From Massalongia carnosa (taxonomy: Eukaryota), in contig OZ287069.1 of assembly GCA_965645245.1 (NCBI GenBank), forward strand, positions 682,001-746,000: a stretch of DNA of 64,000 nt, given 5' to 3'. Shown here one piece after another: positions 27,330-38,480 of this stretch. Each line of letters begins with the position of its first letter. Positions within the stretch are counted from its first letter, which is position 1. Below the pieces are notes generated by a model. That model was given only the letters and a program-made list of their open reading frames with translations. It had not been told where the DNA came from and did not search any database. The translations under genes were made by a program, and so were the position numbers.

Positions 27330-28802
27330 GCTGATAGGTGGGTAGGTTGGTAGGTAAGCGGTTTTGTACAAGTGCCTGGAGGCTTCAAGTGCCCCCCTAA
27401 AAAGAACCAAAGAACTGTAGCATAGCAAGCGTCATATTCTCTCCAATGCAGAAATCCTCTCCATCCCACACCCTCTGTCCTCCCCCCTTTTGCTCTCACC
27501 CCTACTACATACTACGTACTACATACTACATACTCATAACCTTCCCCCTAGCCCCTTCGGGACCAAAAAAAGAAGAGAAACTTGTCCCCCCCTGACCCCA
27601 TCCCTTCCACGTCGTATGTCATTATCACAGCCCCTTCTCCAACTCGACCGTTTGGGGAGTTCTGTTTCCCTTTCCCTAGCTAGGATCCGGGGGTATTGCC
27701 CGTAGGAGAGGAGAGGATGGGATGGGACAGGGTAGGAGGAATTGATAGATAGATAGACCCGAAAGAGGAAAGGACCGGATGGGATCAGGTATGAGGTTGG
27801 GAGGGGAGGGTTTGTGGATGGGGAGTGGAGTCGGGATGGCAGTGAGGGAGGGAGAGAGGGGGCGTAGTGTAGGTAGATAGGTAGGTAGGTAGGTATATGG
27901 ACGGAAGTACGTAAAGTGAAGAAAGGACGAATAGGAGCGGGTTTGAAGATCTGACCTTCATATCCATCCATCCATTCGCTCGCCATGTCGAGCGAGACTT
28001 TGGACTACTCCCGAGAGGTAGAGAGAAGAAAGCCGCATCTTTCAAAAAAATTTGCTTTCTCCATAATTTGTATCGTGTCGCCTCGGTCAGTTTAGCCGGA
28101 TGCTTTCCCCTGGACGCAAGATACCTGCCTAATCGCTATCCCTCCTCCAGCCGCCTTGGGTGCCCTGCCTGCCTACCGACCTACCTATGTAGGTAGGTAC
28201 TTAGGTAGTATATCTAGCACCCGCTTGACACACGCAGAAAAAAACGCCAATCCCCGAAAATGCCCTGCCTCCGGACCTCCTAACTGGAAATAATCTTTCG
28301 TTTCCATGCTGATGTACTGTAACGCAAAGGCGGACAATAACGCCATTAATTTTTTGTTGGCTCAAGGGTATCGTCGCAACCAAGTCAATAAATCCCGCAC
28401 CTCCTACCGAACGGTAAAAACGCGGCGGCCGAATGATGTATACAACACCTAGGAAAATGGAAGTTTTCTGGTGGGAAAATACGCCTTGGCTGCTGAAAAC
28501 TGATCCTTCCTCCCCATGAAAAATTGCTGAAATGTTTGACTTGTGGTATGCTTTGGTTGGCTATTGAATAGCGCTAGTGGTGTTGAAACGAGAGCTGGAA
28601 AAGGGATGCTTTGGGGATGTGACACTGTACGCCGGTCGTGAGAATATTATTATGCACGCCGTGAAGCAATGTCGAAGAGTTGTTGCTGTGTCGACGACAA
28701 TATAAATTACTGCGACTGCTCGGGGCTCTTCTTGCCTGCCTGGAACGGTCATGAATTCCCCAAACCTCTAACCGCAGACAAGATGCGCCTGTGAAAGATC
28801 AT

Positions 28803-29822
28803 TCAATCCTCCCAGATGGTCTCCAAATCCAGATCACCTCTCATTTCCGCCCCGCACACACTCCACCTCTTTCGTTTGTCTCTCATGATCCCACCTCGAC
28901 TCATCGCATCCTGGCTTCCTCTACGCCGCATAGCTTCTTCTCCTTCCATTTCATTCTCATTGTCGACAGCCGCTTTCAGCTTGGCAATATTTTCAGCTTC
29001 GAGTTCCGCGTCTGGTGAGTCCGGAATAGTTTCAAGAGAAGAGATGCTCGGTGAGCGTGAACGGAACGATGTAGGCGTAGATGGAATAGATGACGACGAG
29101 AAGGAATAGTTCGATGGGTATGGTTCGTTGAATTGAACAGCCGAGAGGGATGGAGAAGAAGTACTGGTTCGGAGAATAGCGGTTGGCGTGTGGGGTCGAA
29201 CCACAATTTGTGAGACCTGATAGAGAGGGGACGAGGGACGCCGACGCACCCGCGGGAAGGTGTTATGCATAGACAGTGCTGGAGAAACTGGAACACCGTC
29301 ACCATCCGTAACCACTTTTGGCGTTATTTCCAGCGCCGAGTTCTCGGAGATCGTTTCCCCAATGTCCACTTGACCTTCAAAGCTTAGGTACGTCTCGTCC
29401 GAAAATCTCCGCAAGGGGCTGCGGCGTCGACCTGAAGGGCCAAGCGGACTCGAGGGTCGACTGAACGTTGTGATCGTCAAAAGACTCCCACTGGTGTCAG
29501 GGCCAGGGGATGAATGTGCACGAGTCATTTGTGGTGCCGATAATGAACTGGCTGATGACCTTGATCTTAGATGGGTCTTTGCAAAGGGAGAGCGGTTACG
29601 AGGGCGAAATGGCAACGTATGTGTGAAACTTGCGGAGGAAGCAGAAAGAGAGCTCAGCGCCTCTGGCGCTGTAACTCGTCGGGGTACCTCGGGACGAGAC
29701 TGATGTATGACGGGCTTGTAAGTAATTATTGCAAGAGCATCAACCTCTTCTGAAGTCGGCGGGTTCATTGTCGATGGAGGTGACTCAGGAACGCGTGGTA
29801 CCATGATGGAGAATGGATGCAA
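28803..29822 (-). CDS. Conserved Ser/Pro-rich fungal hypothetical protein
   Basis: 339-aa ORF ending in the conserved tail RSRSPSISSLETIPDSPDAE...DKRKRWSVCGAE.RGDLDLETIWED; true start may be 29804. Confidence 0.75.
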   Translation of the reverse strand: MHPFSIMVPRVPESPPSTMNPPTSEEVDALAIITYKPVIHQSRPEVPRRVTAPEALSSLSASSASFTHTLPFRPRNRSPFAKTHLRSRSSASSLSAPQMTRAHSSPGPDTSGSLLTITTFSRPSSPLGPSGRRRSPLRRFSDETYLSFEGQVDIGETISENSALEITPKVVTDGDGVPVSPALSMHNTFPRVRRRPSSPLYQVSQIVVRPHTPTAILRTSTSSPSLSAVQFNEPYPSNYSFSSSSIPSTPTSFRSRSPSISSLETIPDSPDAELEAENIAKLKAAVDNENEMEGEEAMRRRGSQDAMSRGGIMRDKRKRWSVCGAEMRGDLDLETIWED

Positions 29823-30527
29823 GGCGCGGGAAAAGCTTTAAATTATCATGATAGTTGAGGTGATAGATGGTGATTGAGCAAAACGAAGGTGTAAACAAAC
29901 CTATGGTGGATGAAAGGTCTTGTGATGCTGCGAGTGTTGAGAGTGTGGGGTGGTCTTGTCTCATTATGCAGGGCGTCACGCTCGAATCTCGGAGATGTGC
30001 CGTCATTTAGCGTCATCTACGAGTCAGGGGAAGAATCAACAACATATTTTCTGCAGTATAGTTTCTTAGTAAACTATTTAATACAATTTTCGACAAACTC
30101 AACTATTTAACCTTTTTTATCTGTCTGTGACGAAGCGAGATAACGAGTAAAGTTCTATCGTTGAGTTTATCACAAAATTTCGAACAATTTCATATATAGA
30201 TCTTTATATGTATAATATGCGTTATCTGACTGCGTACAATTGCCGCAAACAGATATCTTTTGGTTTTTACTGAGAAGACAAGTCTTTTGAACCAAACAAG
30301 ATTTTTCCGAAGCCGCCGACCAATCGAACCCAGGGGATTTGTGGAAGCCACGTTTCTTTCAGTGAATACTATGATTAGTGTTTCTGTTGAAAGTCTTTAA
30401 CATCAAGGTTGACCCGTTACACAATCCAAAACTCCACATAAAATTTCCTAACCCTTGCGCTGGCGTACTTTTTATATCATCCAGCTCGTTATGGGTTTCG
30501 AATTTTGTGATCAGAAAAGGGCGTGGC

Positions 30528-30980
30528 TTATATATCTTTAGGTCGATCGTAAGGGACACATGAATACCAGCTAGATGGTTTGCTTCCGGAACGACATATA
30601 ATATATTCAGGATTGCTTTTTGGGCCGTTCCAAAAGAGGTTGCCTTTCACGCAGATCCCTGACAATGGCACGCATAGCCAGCACTTTCCATCGCAGTATG
30701 CTTGAAGGAATCTATTGTAGTGACCTTTTGGGAACGAACCACCTAGATACGGGAGATATTCATCACCAAGCTCCGCGGACTCGAGGATGGGTGGCTTTGG
30801 TAAAACATCAGAGAAATTTTGATCGGTGGATAACTCGTCAGCGGCATTGGTAGCGACTGGATCAGACAAACAGCCGCTTTCGAAAAGATTGCAGTCATTT
30901 GTTCTGGCTCTGAGGGGTTGAATTGGGGTTGCCCAAACTGCTGTTAAGGACATAATTGAAACCGGGAACCAGATGCGCAT
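30528..30980 (-). CDS. Small secreted cysteine-rich protein (effector-like)
   Basis: Signal peptide MRIWFPVSIMSLTAVWATP; 150 aa with 8 Cys. Confidence 0.6.
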   Translation of the reverse strand: MRIWFPVSIMSLTAVWATPIQPLRARTNDCNLFESGCLSDPVATNAADELSTDQNFSDVLPKPPILESAELGDEYLPYLGGSFPKGHYNRFLQAYCDGKCWLCVPLSGICVKGNLFWNGPKSNPEYIICRSGSKPSSWYSCVPYDRPKDI

Positions 30981-31718
30981 GTTTTCGATGTTGAAATAAA
31001 AGCGGCTAAATCCAAACTTTCGCGAAGTTGCAAGAAGACTTCAATCTTCAATGGATATAGTCAGGGACAACAAGAAAGTTTCGTATATCTTGTGAACTGG
31101 ATGGGGAAACTTAGTGAATAAGAGAAGGCGGAGGGAGGTTATCTCAAGCTTGCTTAAGGTTAGGTATCTTTGCTCTCGAACTTGAACTTGCTTGAAAGTT
31201 TGTTCAATATCAGACTTGTATGTTTCATTAACGCAAAGTTTATCAGAATTTGTCAAAGTTTGTCAAATTTTGCGCGTTTTTCTTGTCCTTTTGAGAGCTG
31301 TTCCTGAAACAAACTCAGACCTGTCGGTCAGTTTCTTCTGCATTTCTTCTGCACAACCCGTTCGAGTCAAAACATGTCCCCTTGCTCCCGCCTCCTCTGC
31401 CTGGATTGGACGAGCCTGATCCTCGAGTCGGAAGCGTCGTATTTTTCGAAAGATGTAAACCAGGTACGCAAACCCATGTGGTTTCTCATGCCATTTCATA
31501 CTCCACATCTAGTTTACTATTTTCTACATAGAGGGATTTTTCTCTTTTAACACACTCTCCTCTCTGGCAAAGAAACTTTAATAATATTCTAATCCAGGAT
31601 TAATATCTATTCCATTAGTCATACAGCGTTTTGGAGGAGCGGAACTTGCGACTCCACCTGCAATACTAGGAAATGGGTTATGTCAGATTGAAGCACTAAA
31701 GCTATAATTCATTTGCCC

Positions 31719-31878
31719 CAGTACCTCGACGTGCATGGCTCTACAAGTCGGCTAAGCCCCTCATAGCTAGCGTCATAGCTGACTAACATCTGTGCGATCG
31801 CACGTGCCGCCCGTAGTAGTAGTCAGCTAAAGGGCCGCTAACCCGAGGGGCTTAGCCGCCACGCACGTCGAGGTACTG
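31719..31878. mobile_element. 160-nt foldback element (MITE-like) or structured RNA
   Basis: Perfect terminal inverted repeat CAGTACCTCGACGTGC, plus nested pairs CGGCTAAGCCCCTC/GAGGGGCTTAGCCG and TAGCTGACTA/TAGTCAGCTA. Confidence 0.6.
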
Positions 31879-32374
31879 AGTCAATAACTCATATAGCATG
31901 GATCGCCATTGTTTGCTTTCCGCCGCAGGTTTGTGACGTTAGGAAACCATCCTGAAACCTATCCGCGAAAGTTACTCGAGGAGCTCTGGCTAATTCAGGA
32001 TTTGTATGGCCAAATATGTTCTCTTCCCCTCCGGCCGTCAAGAGACGTGGCTTGAGGCATGACGCACTACAGGGTCTTCCTGTGGCTCGGACGGCTATGC
32101 ACCGGATTATCCTCATAATATCGAAGGCAGGGGAAGCCCACAAATCCTCTAATGCACAAAATTCCTAGCCTCATTAATGACAATGGACTACCGCTCTGAG
32201 ATTGTTAGCTGACTTAGTTCGCAGGCGATTTATGAATCAATAAACGGAGGTTGGAATTTAGAGCTTTTGCTATTTACTATGATTCTATGCATCTCACTTC
32301 ATTACATGAACTTTCGGATAAAAGCTGCCTCGAAAGCCGAACCGAACCCAATCCATCATCAGCTGCCTCCCGTT

Positions 32375-33607
32375 TTTAAAGCAAAAAGCGAAAAAGACCC
32401 ACATCAGAGTAACGATTATGACTTAGGCTGGCACCCCGCGGGCGACACTGTGGTCCCACCCCCAGGCCTAACACTAGCCTGTGATCCTGTCCCATAAGCC
32501 CCACCTGGCGCAGGTGAGGCTGTTGCCGGTGGGGATCCTTCACCACTTAAGGCGGAAGCCACGACCGCATCGCTGCTTTCACCAATTTTTTTTGGTTTGG
32601 GGTCAAAGGTTTTTCCTGCTTGCTGTACTTAGCGGCCTCTACCTGCACGGCTTTAGCTTGGGCTAGTGTCGGTTTCGATGCCGTTGATGAAGATGCTGCT
32701 GTTGGCGCATTGCCTGTTGCCGTTGCTTTTGGCGTTCCTGCTGATTAAGTGCTTTCCGATGATGGTTGTTTTGAATCTTCTCCGCTTGATGCTACTGTAT
32801 CCGAAGATGCTCTTTCCGAGGTTGAACCATCCGCGGTTGAACCTTCCGATGTTGCTGTATCTGACGATGCCCCGTTCGGTTTATTTTCCTCCGCCGTTGT
32901 CCCACCTAATGATGTCCCTTCTAGGTGGGGGCCACCTGCTGATTGAGGGGATGAGGTCGCACCTCCCAAAGTCGCTTCTGTATAGCCCGCCGGAGTTAAA
33001 CATGTAGGTTCTCCTGCTAAGAGCTTGCAGTCTTTATCAAGGCCCCTGATACATCACTAGCCTTGTTGCTCATTCCTCGAATAATAAAACTACATACGGG
33101 TTTAATATTTCGAGCGTGGCGGTACTATATCCCTTCAATCGGCTTTCTAGTTTTTCTGCTATAGGCGCAAAAGTATCTCCAACTACCGCTGAACAAGCTC
33201 CAGATAGCTGCGGAAGGCACAGTTTCTCTCCGGAAATAAGATCGTCGCACGTGGGAGGTATGCTATTTGCTCCAACAAAGTCCCTGGTTGAGACCTTCAC
33301 TTTCTGTGAGATAGTCACGCAGGTGTCCTTGTCGACCACAGTGTAGATTACACCCCCATTACATGAGCTGCTAGCTCCTACCTCCTACTGTGGCATCGCC
33401 CGATCAGGTAGGCGATGCATTTAGGGTGGAATCTCCGGAACCAGTTTCTGATGATTCTGGGGTTCCGCCTGTTCTGTACGTGGCTATGCCAGTATCTTTG
33501 CTGCTATCACCAGTTACGCCAGCTGTGTCTTGAGGGAATGGGGCTGCATGAGTTTGTAAAACCAGGTGCAAGCCGAGACAGAGTACAGTGAGAAAACGAA
33601 CGGCCAT
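32375..33607 (-). pseudogene. Secreted LysM-domain effector pseudogene (two LysM-like repeats plus Ser/Thr/Ala tail)
   Basis: Signal peptide MAVRFLTVLCLGLHLVLQTHAAP; YTVVDKDTCVTISQK..VS...GAN...CDDLISGEKLCLP and VVGDTFAPIA...LEILNP-GLDKDCKLLAGEPTCL; stops at 33404 and 32745, frameshift near 33355. Confidence 0.75.
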
Positions 33608-34448
33608 GACGAAGAAAATTTGCGGGATAGACGAAGAGAAATTCGTTCAAATTGTCAAAGGCGGCTTATGCAGGCTTTTCAAGAAAATATATAAAAAAAA
33701 GCTTTCTTACGCGTGTTCCGTTGGCCGTTCCGCCTTAGTAATGCGCAACACCCAAGTCCGATGGTCGTCGTTTCAAAATTCGATTCTCGCAAGGCCCAGA
33801 AACTTCGCTTCCCCCCGTCGCGGAACCATTGAGAGATACTGCCAGGGTTCCTGCCTTTTAGGAGGCGGCTCGGCTCCCGCTTTTGTTTCCGGCTTGAGAA
33901 AAGATTGTTTTGTCCCAGCTATGAGATCGAGATTAGGACAGAAATAAAAAGTAAGTAAATGCCCCCAAGACTTTTTCTGCGTAAATTAAAAAATACAACG
34001 CGCAGCTTATGGGGGGTTTTATCGGTGCACAGGTAAGTTATTAAAAAGCGAACACCTGTACCACAGCAGCACCAGAGCAGCGGTTGCCAGCGCGGAATAT
34101 TACTTCCATGCCGCACGGGTCTTTTGCCAGCGGGAAGGGGTAGCTTGAAGAACAGATGAACTCCGCCGCAAAGTAAGAAAAGTTTCACCCTTAGCTATCC
34201 GTACTCCGTACTTCGTATGTGATCATCGCTTGATTTCGATTACGTACACTTCTCTCCTATTGAATCAGTTGAGCGGCTTGGTGCGATGAATCGCTTCTTG
34301 TTCGACCCCCAATGTAACGCATTTCATTCTGACGAACCTGGCTAAAAGTTAAAAAAATGCAAAAACCAAGCTTCTAATATATACTAGCCCAAGACCTTGG
34401 TTGTATTCATGGTGAAATTTGATACAAACTCCACGTCGCTGCAGCGCT

Positions 34449-37201
34449 TCAATTATACTTCATTGCAATCCTTTCGGCATGATTAATTCTCTCGATAGTC
34501 GCCTTCAGTTCTGCTCGCTGACGTATTAGCAACTCTTCTTCAACGGCGATTCTCCTCAGCTCTTCATCAGTGAGTTCGGCGACATAAATAGGAGAGAAGA
34601 TCAACATTGGCCCCTGTGCATCATTTAAATACTGCTCCACAACGATTTGAATTGCGAACTCGATGAAGTCGTTACGGGCGATCTCATAATAGGCTTTGAG
34701 AGTATCGTGTATCGCATCCTCGAGATTCTGGGAGTTACTAATATGTAGCTCGGCAACGAGCGATGCAGTGTCTCGCATATCTATGGTAAATTCTGTACCA
34801 GGGCTATCAGGCAGTACCTCCAACAGATTTGATGTTGAAGGCGTTTTGGATAACCTGTATCGCTCCACTGCTCCCTGAAAACGAAGTAATCTTGCCTCTC
34901 TAACTTTTTGCTCAAACGCGGGATTACTTGTATGCAAATGCCCTGAGAGCACTTGTTTAAGTCGTTGAGAAAGCTGTTCGAGCCCACGTGTTCTTCCTTT
35001 TTCGTTAGCAGCTTGTATCACAGATGTGATTTGAGCCCTTGTTTCCTTGTCGCCAACTATGGTTCCTAGCATTTTTCCATAGCCGTGAGAGTAGATACCG
35101 TAATTCTTTCAAAATACAGCTTGCTTAGATCTTTCCAACCACTGGCTTGCTTGTGGGAAAGAACGGGCAAGACATCTGGATTTAACGTGCCCTGAAGCTC
35201 GGTACCCCGGCTTGCTTTCACTTCAGCTGTTATCCAGTTGTATATATTATCCGAACCCCAAACGGGGAAGGATGGCGGAAGATCTCTGGCTAAAAGAAGT
35301 TTCGGCGAAAATAATGGCTGAGTCATTGCTGGAGCAGTTGCAGAGACTAACTGAAGCTTTTTCTGTTCCTCACGATACTTACTTAGTCTCAACTCTTCAT
35401 GTGAATAATTCCGATAACTAGGATGACAAGAAATGCTTTGAGATTGTATATTGCAACCAGTCTCTAATTCCTTCTCGGAGTACGGTTCCAAGGAAGTATC
35501 TTTACTCCAAGGAAAGGGGGCACCTACGACCTGACTTTCTTTGGTAAAATGTGACTCCGGATATTTGGTTCCGCTAAAGAGACCACCATGATTGCTTTTG
35601 CTGGGGGTGGCTGACGCAGCATTTGTGAAATTGAATGTCTGTTCTATAGTCCGACTTTTCTTTGGGTTGTTACAATCAATAGATGGTCTTTCTAGAAATG
35701 GAAGGTGGTGCCCGTGCATATTCATATCACGGACGAATGCATCATTAGTATCACGAACCAGCATTCTTATTTTCATGTCGTTGGCTCCGATGTAGTGGTA
35801 AAGGCCACGGAGAGAATTTGAAACCATGGAGTGAAGCTGCTGCGCTATCTTCGTCAGGTAAGCACGCTTCTGGTCCAAAGTCTCTCGAGGCATGCCAAGG
35901 GACTTCAGTTGCGCCTTAGCAAAGTCTCGCCGGGTTCGAATGGTGGCAAGTATTGTAGGAAAGATCTCCTGGATATGTTTGCACAAAAGACCTACAAGAT
36001 GTGTTTGGAGGGCTTCAGTCCCCCGACGACTTTTGGAGATTCGACTCCAAGGTTCGTTATTGAAGAATGCTTCTTCCCGTCTCTGGTGCTCTATTGAGTC
36101 GAGCTTTGCTTCAACTTCTGTTGGAGTACGATTGCGAACAACAAACCAACCGTGCTTAAGATGCTTCTCCTTGTTCTGTGCCAGCTCTATAACCTATAGA
36201 GTCTTTAATCATCAATATTCCCAAGTACGCCGCATCGCTTACCTGGTTCTGATGCTGCGCGACATCGCATTTAGTGATAACTCCTACAGTCCGTTTACCA
36301 TCTGGATCCTGTTTAGATGCCATATCGAACGCTGCTTGATTTGCTAGATCGTTTGTACCGCACGCTACGCAACTTCAGATAAACTGTTATTGTTCTGCTT
36401 TCTTCTTGTTATGTTAAGCCACTTACACAATGATACTCTGTTTTGGTGCCATGAACGACGAGACCATACTTAGTACACCATATTTTTCCGCGACTTTTAG
36501 TCCCTTGGTAAGCGATTGAAAGACACCTGGAACATCTAGAATGCTGAAATGGTATCTCGATGGCCCGGATATCTCTATTCTCAGAACATCGTCGGAAAAA
36601 TTAACGTTTGTGTTGATTGAGTGCGAAGCCATGCCATTAGGCTGCTGTGGGATGCCCGCTCCAATACACATGAGATTTGCAGCCTGCATTAGTTGTTATA
36701 GAAAGGCAAAGAGAGATCATGTTAAAGGAAGCGTTTATTTCCTCTATCGCAGCTTTGAACTGTGCTGCTGTAATATTAGGAGTACTACGGCTGAACTGAG
36801 CGTATCGCTCCCGGCGATCTTCAGGAGGACGTTCTGTGTGAAAACGACTGATTTCCGTAAGCTCGATGGATATCTTCGTGATTTCTGCTTCATTCGGTGT
36901 ACGACGAGAGACGATTCGCGTAGAAAATCGGATACAGAGCCGATCAGCCACTGGAAATGGGATATTTGTCAGGCTTTGCAGCAAGGATGATTTCCCAACC
37001 GAGTGGTCGCCGACAAGAACAAGCTAAGTAGGTGTGTCAGTCGAGACTGCACTTAAAATCATAAGCTGCAGAAACATTTCTCACATCTGGTAAATCAAGA
37101 TCGCGGCCAGCACCCAAGCTCTGCAGCTTATCAATAGCTTCGAAGAGTCACTGGCTCTCCTCGGTATGAAAGATGTCATCGTTGAGTAGCGGACGCTCCA
37201 T
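34449..37201 (-). pseudogene. Accessory dynamin-like (Mx/Vps1-superfamily) GTPase, apparently disrupted
   Basis: G1 LVGDHSVGKSSLL, LCIRF, G3 LDVPG, G4 ITKCD, HGWFVVRNR, SRGTELQG.LNP and GED AYYEIARNDFIE; TGA at codon 18 (37150-37148), AT instead of GT donor at about 36738, frameshift at about 35070. Confidence 0.85.
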
Positions 37202-37799
37202 GCTGGCGAAAGACTCCCTCGGTTTGTAGTAGAAATCACTTCAGCGATTGTTCCTAACAAGAAAGCCCAATGGGCTCTGTTATCTGTAATAAAAATTATA
37301 TTGTAAAGAAAATCCAGCGCTTCAACCCCCCAAGCGCCGAGTAAATTTCAGCTAGAGAGGTCGATAATTGGCTGCAGGCTTCCGCGCCCATGCAATAATA
37401 TCCTTACCAGGAGATAAGAAGATGTACGATGTAGCGTGAAATTTGATGGGCGAAATTCGAGGGGGCACGGATTTGTTTAGGCAAATGGTGGCATAGTGAT
37501 GGATCAATCGTATTTCCATCACCCACAGTTTAAAGTATCAAACATCAATTCAAATACCGTATTGATTGACATACAAGACCGGTCTTATGAAAGGATGATC
37601 AATACAATAATCTTTTTGAACGGGGTTTTATATGTTGGAGTTTAAAAAGTAAGTATCTAGAATTTCATGAAGAGAAAAAATCCAGTCAAGAAGAAAATAC
37701 GAGACCACGCATCAAATTTGACCGCTAGGTATATAAATTTTCTTTGATCTCTCCTTCCCCGGAACCCCGAGCGGAGCTCGGGGCTCCGGGTGCGGTCCA

Positions 37800-38480
37800 T
37801 CGGATTTACGGTCGCACGGTTAGTGTGCTAGTCTTCCTTTTTTTGACATCAAGAGGTCCAATATGATCTGCTGATCTCCCCCAATCTCGACTGTTCGCAA
37901 AGACAAAGATGGCTTCGATCTCCAGCTCGCTAAATTTTCGCGCTCACGAATGATCTTGTTCCTCCTGCGTAAATTTGCGAAATGGCGTTGTGTGCTTATT
38001 GTCTTTTGTTATATCACCTGGGGTAACGACGTTTTTGAATCTATAACCTTCAGGAACTTGACAACAATTCTCGCCTTCGCGACCAACAACTAGTACGGTA
38101 CCATAAATCTCGTCCATCTCTCGCATCGGTGGGTGACCACATATGAACTGGCCTGGAGAGATTTCCATCCAAGCTGCCTGCTAAGGTCCAGACATCTTTC
38201 CTCTTTAGTTTTGCCGCCTCCATTTGTGAAATAGATGTAAGGTCTGCGAGTATCAGTGACAAACTTATCAAGAATGGAGCTCCAACTTAAACCTTGAAAC
38301 CGTATTCGTTATTTCTCTTAAGAACCTTCATAAACTTGTATGGGCTTCCCACCCCATATCAACACACCATCGATATTGAAGGCAAACGCATGACTCAATC
38401 ACAGCCGTTTCCGGATGAGTAGACGGTGTGCTTTGAGTAGCCTCAGCAGCACTGGTAGAATTCAGACAATGTTTAGCCAT
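37800..38480 (-). pseudogene. HAD-superfamily IIA (CECR5-like) hydrolase fragment
   Basis: AFAFNIDGVLIWGGKPI (DxDG motif with D to N), ISPGQFICGHPPMREM, GTVLVVG, VVTPGDI, AIFVFANSRDWGDQQIILDLLMSK; stops, frameshifts and 3' truncation. Confidence 0.8.

Noticed and set aside
26822..27499. Long antisense ORFs over PHB1 (similar ones over SFA1, the GPI genes and YKE4)
   Set aside because: Shadow ORFs caused by GC-rich codon bias of the real genes
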